Shown here: one piece after another, positions 60,338-64,000 of the stretch
How positions within the stretch are numbered: the stretch's first letter is position 1
How the letters are laid out: every line of letters begins with the position of its first letter
Source of the DNA: Nitrosopumilus sp.
Lineage (GTDB): Archaea > Thermoproteota > Nitrososphaeria > Nitrososphaerales > Nitrosopumilaceae
Direction of reading: 5' to 3'
DNA: 64,000 nt
Assembly: GCA_965206745.1 (NCBI GenBank)
Contig: OZ242220.1
Span: 1,376,001 to 1,440,000 of the forward strand
Program-made: the position numbers and the translations under genes
Notes under the pieces: model-generated
Seen by the model: the letters and a program-made list of their open reading frames with translations, nothing else
Databases searched by the model: none
What the model was told of the DNA's origin: nothing

Positions 60338-60595
60338 ATGGGGAAAATTAAAATTAGAACCGGCAGAGGCACAGGAACTATTGAAGTTGATCAGGATGCC
60401 TCAAAATGGTCTGGAGATGACTTCAAAAAGATCCAAGAAGCAAGAAAGAAAGCAGCATCAAATAGGACTGTCTCATCAGGAAGAGGAACCAAGTCTAGAA
60501 AACTCGGCGACACACCTGAAGCAAAGAAAACAACCAGTACTAAAGGCAGGACAATCAGTACAGGCAGAGGCACAGGTTCTAGAAAAATCAAGTAA
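60338..60595 (+). CDS. Small basic protein with three (S/T)GRGT repeats
   Basis: 85 aa, K/R/T/S/G-rich, with its own ATAAATA promoter and a T-rich terminator. Confidence 0.75.
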   Translation: MGKIKIRTGRGTGTIEVDQDASKWSGDDFKKIQEARKKAASNRTVSSGRGTKSRKLGDTPEAKKTTSTKGRTISTGRGTGSRKIK

Positions 60596-60655
60596 AAACA
60601 GAATTACATCAATTCTTTATTTTTGAAATCTCTGATGTTATTCTCTTAAATTTTA

Positions 60656-61321
60656 TTATATTTTGATATCGGGATTTCCAGATTTTAGCTTGTCCCAATC
60701 TGCAAGAAAGTTTTCCAGACCAATCTTTGTTAGCGGGTGTGACATCATTTTATCCAATACTGCCGGAGGCAACGTGACAACATCTGCACCAATCTTTGCG
60801 GCATCCACCACATGCACGGGATGGCGAACACTTGCAACAAGAATTTGGGTTCCAAAATCATAGTTTGAGAAAATTTCTTTGATTTCTGAGATCAGATGCA
60901 TTCCATTTTGACCGATGTCATCGAGCCTTCCAATAAACGGACTGACATATTTTGCTCCGGCCTTGGCAGCAAGCAGTGCCTGGTTTGCAGAAAAGATCAG
61001 AGTAACGTTGACTGGAATTCCTTCAGACGAGAGTGACTTGCATGCCCTTAGACCATCAGGGGTCATGGGAACTTTGACTATGACATTTTTCCCGTACTGA
61101 CGAAGGCGCTTGCCCTCTTCTATCATTCCGGAATATTCGGTACTGACAACCTCTAGACTCACATCACCTTTGATAATTTTTGTAATTTCCTCCATTGCAT
61201 CTTTTGGATTGCCGCCTTCCTTGAACATGAGAGAAGGGTTGGTTGTAATTCCATCCAAGAGACCCATGTCGTTGAATTTTCTAATGGACTCAAGATTGGC
61301 AGTATCAAGAAAGATCTTCAT
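60656..61321 (-). CDS. tal: Transaldolase (short FSA/TalC type)
   Basis: FLDTAN, TTNPSL, VKVP and SPFIGRLDD motifs. Confidence 0.93.
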   Translation of the reverse strand: MKIFLDTANLESIRKFNDMGLLDGITTNPSLMFKEGGNPKDAMEEITKIIKGDVSLEVVSTEYSGMIEEGKRLRQYGKNVIVKVPMTPDGLRACKSLSSEGIPVNVTLIFSANQALLAAKAGAKYVSPFIGRLDDIGQNGMHLISEIKEIFSNYDFGTQILVASVRHPVHVVDAAKIGADVVTLPPAVLDKMMSHPLTKIGLENFLADWDKLKSGNPDIKI

Positions 61322-62292
61322 AATTTTTTGCTCCTGATCTCCTTGACTGCCTTTACCATATTAAAGGATGTTATCCCATGCTTCTCCAAAAGCAGGGGAA
61401 TTTCATCATCACGCGCAGATTCTCCAAACATGTCCTGAGCCCCTATTCTCTTAATCGGTACAGGACAGGACTCAGAAACGGATTCGGCAACTGCCGAGCC
61501 CATCCCGCCAATAATGTTGTGCTCTTCAGTAGTTACAATGCAGCCAGTCTCTCTGGCAGCCTTTTCCAAAATTTCATGATCAATTGGCTTGATTGAAAAC
61601 ATGTCCAATACCCTGCAAGAGATTCCTTCCTGCTGCAATTTTTCGGCAGCCTCCAGAGCCATTCTGACTGTAATGCCACATGCGGCAATAGTACAGTCAG
61701 AGCCGTCTCGCAGAGTGATGCCTTTTCCAATCTCAAAGTTTTGCGAATCAGAATGAATCAGGGGGGTTTTTGATCTTGCCATTCTCATGTAAAACGGGCC
61801 GTACTCCCTTGCCATCAACTGGGTCAGCCTTGAGACTGCGACTGTATCGGCAGGAATAAAGACTCGAAAATTGGGTATGACCCTCATTATTGCAATGTCC
61901 TCAATCTGCTGGTGTGAGCCCCCGTCAGGTCCAACTGATAGGCCGCCATGGGACGTGACTAATTTTACATTAAGGCCTTTCTTCCCAGGGGGCGAGGGGT
62001 AGGCAATGTTGTTTCTTATCTGATCAACTGCCCTGCCAGGCAGAAATATCGCATAAGTACTAGCAAAAGGAATCTTTCCAGATGCTGCCAATCCTGCAGA
62101 CGTTGTGACAAGGTTGGCCTCTGCAATGCCCACATTGAAAAATCTTTCAGGAAACTCTTTTCCAAATGCAGAGGTCTTCAACGAGTCAGTCGTGTCAGCA
62201 CCCAAAACAACGACATTAGGGTTTTCCTTTCCCAACTCAACCAAAGATCTTGAATACTCTGAACGCATGTCAGTCATTGCAGGTTCATTCAA
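61318..62292 (-). CDS. Transketolase, C-terminal subunit
   Basis: NVGIAEAN, GPDGGSHQ and EEHNIIGG motifs. Confidence 0.93.
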   Translation of the reverse strand: MNEPAMTDMRSEYSRSLVELGKENPNVVVLGADTTDSLKTSAFGKEFPERFFNVGIAEANLVTTSAGLAASGKIPFASTYAIFLPGRAVDQIRNNIAYPSPPGKKGLNVKLVTSHGGLSVGPDGGSHQQIEDIAIMRVIPNFRVFIPADTVAVSRLTQLMAREYGPFYMRMARSKTPLIHSDSQNFEIGKGITLRDGSDCTIAACGITVRMALEAAEKLQQEGISCRVLDMFSIKPIDHEILEKAARETGCIVTTEEHNIIGGMGSAVAESVSESCPVPIKRIGAQDMFGESARDDEIPLLLEKHGITSFNMVKAVKEIRSKKL

Positions 62293-63956
62293 AGGTATCC
62301 GGCCTCCTGTGCAATTTTTTTAATCTGCTCCTGCTTTTCACCTATCACGTGCAAGCCAATCCATTTGTTTACCAGGTCACCCCCTCCAAGTTCATTTGCC
62401 TTTGCAAGTAGCCTGTGTCTTCTTGATTTTAAGACCTCATTTCTAAAATCCCTAATGGCGGCCCTAACATCCTGCTGGCCTATTATCGCACCGCCACCCA
62501 CAAAAGCACGTGCACCGTCATCAAATACCGAGCCAATATTTTCAAGATTGACACCCCCGTCAGCCTCAACATAGCCTGAAAAATTATGCTGTTTTAGTGT
62601 GAAATTCAGTCTTGCCATTTTTTCATGTGTCCCCTCAATGTATCTTTGACCGGATTTTCCAGGCACTACTGACATCACAATGAGCTGATCAAGGGATTGC
62701 AAAAATTTGTAAGACCACTCAGGCAACTCTGTATCAGGATTTATTGAAAAACCCACACCCACCTGATTCTGTTTTAGAATATCATGAATCTCTCCAAAGC
62801 TGGACTCGTCAGTCACCTCAGCATGCACAGTGACAATGTCACTGCCGGCATCAACATAGTCTTGAACATGTTTTACGGGTTCCTCAATCATAAGATGGGT
62901 GTCAAATGGAATCACCGTAAGGGGCCGCAGTTCCTTGATCTTGCTGTGATCAAATGTCTTTGTTGGAACAAATTGGCCATCCATTACATCAAGATGGATG
63001 TAATCAGCCCTGCCAGACACGCACCGCTTAATCTCATTTTCTAGATTCGTCATATCCCCTGCAATGATGGAGGGTGCAATCATAAATTGGGAATCCAGCT
63101 CAAGGTCAATTATCGGAACGACATCAGTGTCAGGTGCCTTTCCATGCCACTGGGGATTATCCTCCATGTGCTCTACGGCTTTTCCCTTGATTGTTCTTGA
63201 GATGATTATTGTAGGAACGCCCTTTGTGGCATTTGCCTTTGTGATGGCCGCATCAATTTGTTCTACCCGGTGTCCGTCAACTTCAATGACATTCCAGCCA
63301 AATGACCTCCACTTGTCCCCGGTCTTCCAGCGTGATGCATCCTTCCACATTTCAGAGATATCCAAACCGTCCAGATTCTCATCAAGGGGCATGATTCTTT
63401 CGGTATACGAGTCCTGCTGGATAAAGTTCCTGTCAAGAAAGGCAGTGAGGTTGTCAACCTTGTATTTTGATGCAGTCATTGCAGCCTCCCAGACCTGGCC
63501 CTCATCGGACTCTCCATCCCCAAGAACGGTATAGACGTGATGATCCTTGGAGTCAATCTTTGCAGCAAGTGCAATCCCGACAGAGTATGACAGTCCGGTA
63601 CCCAAGGAACCCCCGCAGAATTCCACGCCGGGGCATTTTAGATCCGGATGTCCCTGCAGTTTACTGCCAAATTTTCGAAGTGTCTGAATCTCGGATTCTG
63701 GAAAATATCCGGCCACTGCCATATTGGAGAACAGTCCAGGGGCAGCGTGTCCCTTTGATAGTACCAATCGATCCCTGTCTTCCCATTGAGGGTTGTTTGG
63801 ATCAAATTTCAAGTGCTTGCCAAACAGGCATCCCAGGATCTCAGCCATGGAGAACGAGCCTCCGGGGTGGCCGGATCCTGCAGTATTGGTTCCCTTGATA
63901 ACTAACTTGCGAGCTCTGAGAATATTTTTCTTTATTTGGTAATAATTAAGACCCAT
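62289..63956 (-). CDS. Fusion of transketolase N-terminal subunit and ribulose-phosphate 3-epimerase
   Basis: SGHPGGS, LSKGHA and GDGESDEG (TPP) motifs, then IAPSII, HLDVMDGQFVP, DTHLMI and ADGGVN (Rpe). Confidence 0.92.
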   Translation of the reverse strand: MGLNYYQIKKNILRARKLVIKGTNTAGSGHPGGSFSMAEILGCLFGKHLKFDPNNPQWEDRDRLVLSKGHAAPGLFSNMAVAGYFPESEIQTLRKFGSKLQGHPDLKCPGVEFCGGSLGTGLSYSVGIALAAKIDSKDHHVYTVLGDGESDEGQVWEAAMTASKYKVDNLTAFLDRNFIQQDSYTERIMPLDENLDGLDISEMWKDASRWKTGDKWRSFGWNVIEVDGHRVEQIDAAITKANATKGVPTIIISRTIKGKAVEHMEDNPQWHGKAPDTDVVPIIDLELDSQFMIAPSIIAGDMTNLENEIKRCVSGRADYIHLDVMDGQFVPTKTFDHSKIKELRPLTVIPFDTHLMIEEPVKHVQDYVDAGSDIVTVHAEVTDESSFGEIHDILKQNQVGVGFSINPDTELPEWSYKFLQSLDQLIVMSVVPGKSGQRYIEGTHEKMARLNFTLKQHNFSGYVEADGGVNLENIGSVFDDGARAFVGGGAIIGQQDVRAAIRDFRNEVLKSRRHRLLAKANELGGGDLVNKWIGLHVIGEKQEQIKKIAQEAGYL

Positions 63957-64000
63957 CTGCAACGATATTGCCGTAAATTGAATAAAAATCTACTTCTAAA

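Noticed and set aside
981-63898. Numerous 60-185 aa antisense or out-of-frame ORFs in the ORF track
   Set aside because: They lie within well-supported genes and are shadow ORFs with no motifs.

Overview
Core-genome segment of an ammonia-oxidising archaeon (Nitrososphaerota, Nitrosopumilus-like). The assignment rests on an unsplit RNA polymerase A subunit, PEFG-CTERM and CFI-box-like CTERM surface proteins, S-layer-protein paralogues and largely leaderless TATA promoters. Contents: alaS-leuS; the rpoH-rpoB-rpoA / rpl30e-nusA-rps12-rps7 cluster; four tandem PEFG-CTERM genes; a larC-larE-iscS / mdh-larB-radical SAM locus with no larA; a two-domain multicopper oxidase-ZIP operon facing a CDF exporter; rps13-rps4-glmS; rpoN-eno-rps2-mvk; an apparently inverted ipk-idi-idsA-gltX block; corA; and a pentose-phosphate operon with a transketolase-N/Rpe fusion. 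There are three tRNAs (Gln with intron, Leu, His). No CRISPR array, transposase or integrase was seen. The most striking unexplained element is a ~145-nt candidate non-coding RNA (5307-5451, minus) with its own TATA box and T-tract, made of three 41-nt-period modules (CUKUC-hairpin-CUUAAG) closed by a terminal stem. Three small ORFs missing from the ORF track are also proposed. All calls come from reading sequence and motifs; no database searches were run.
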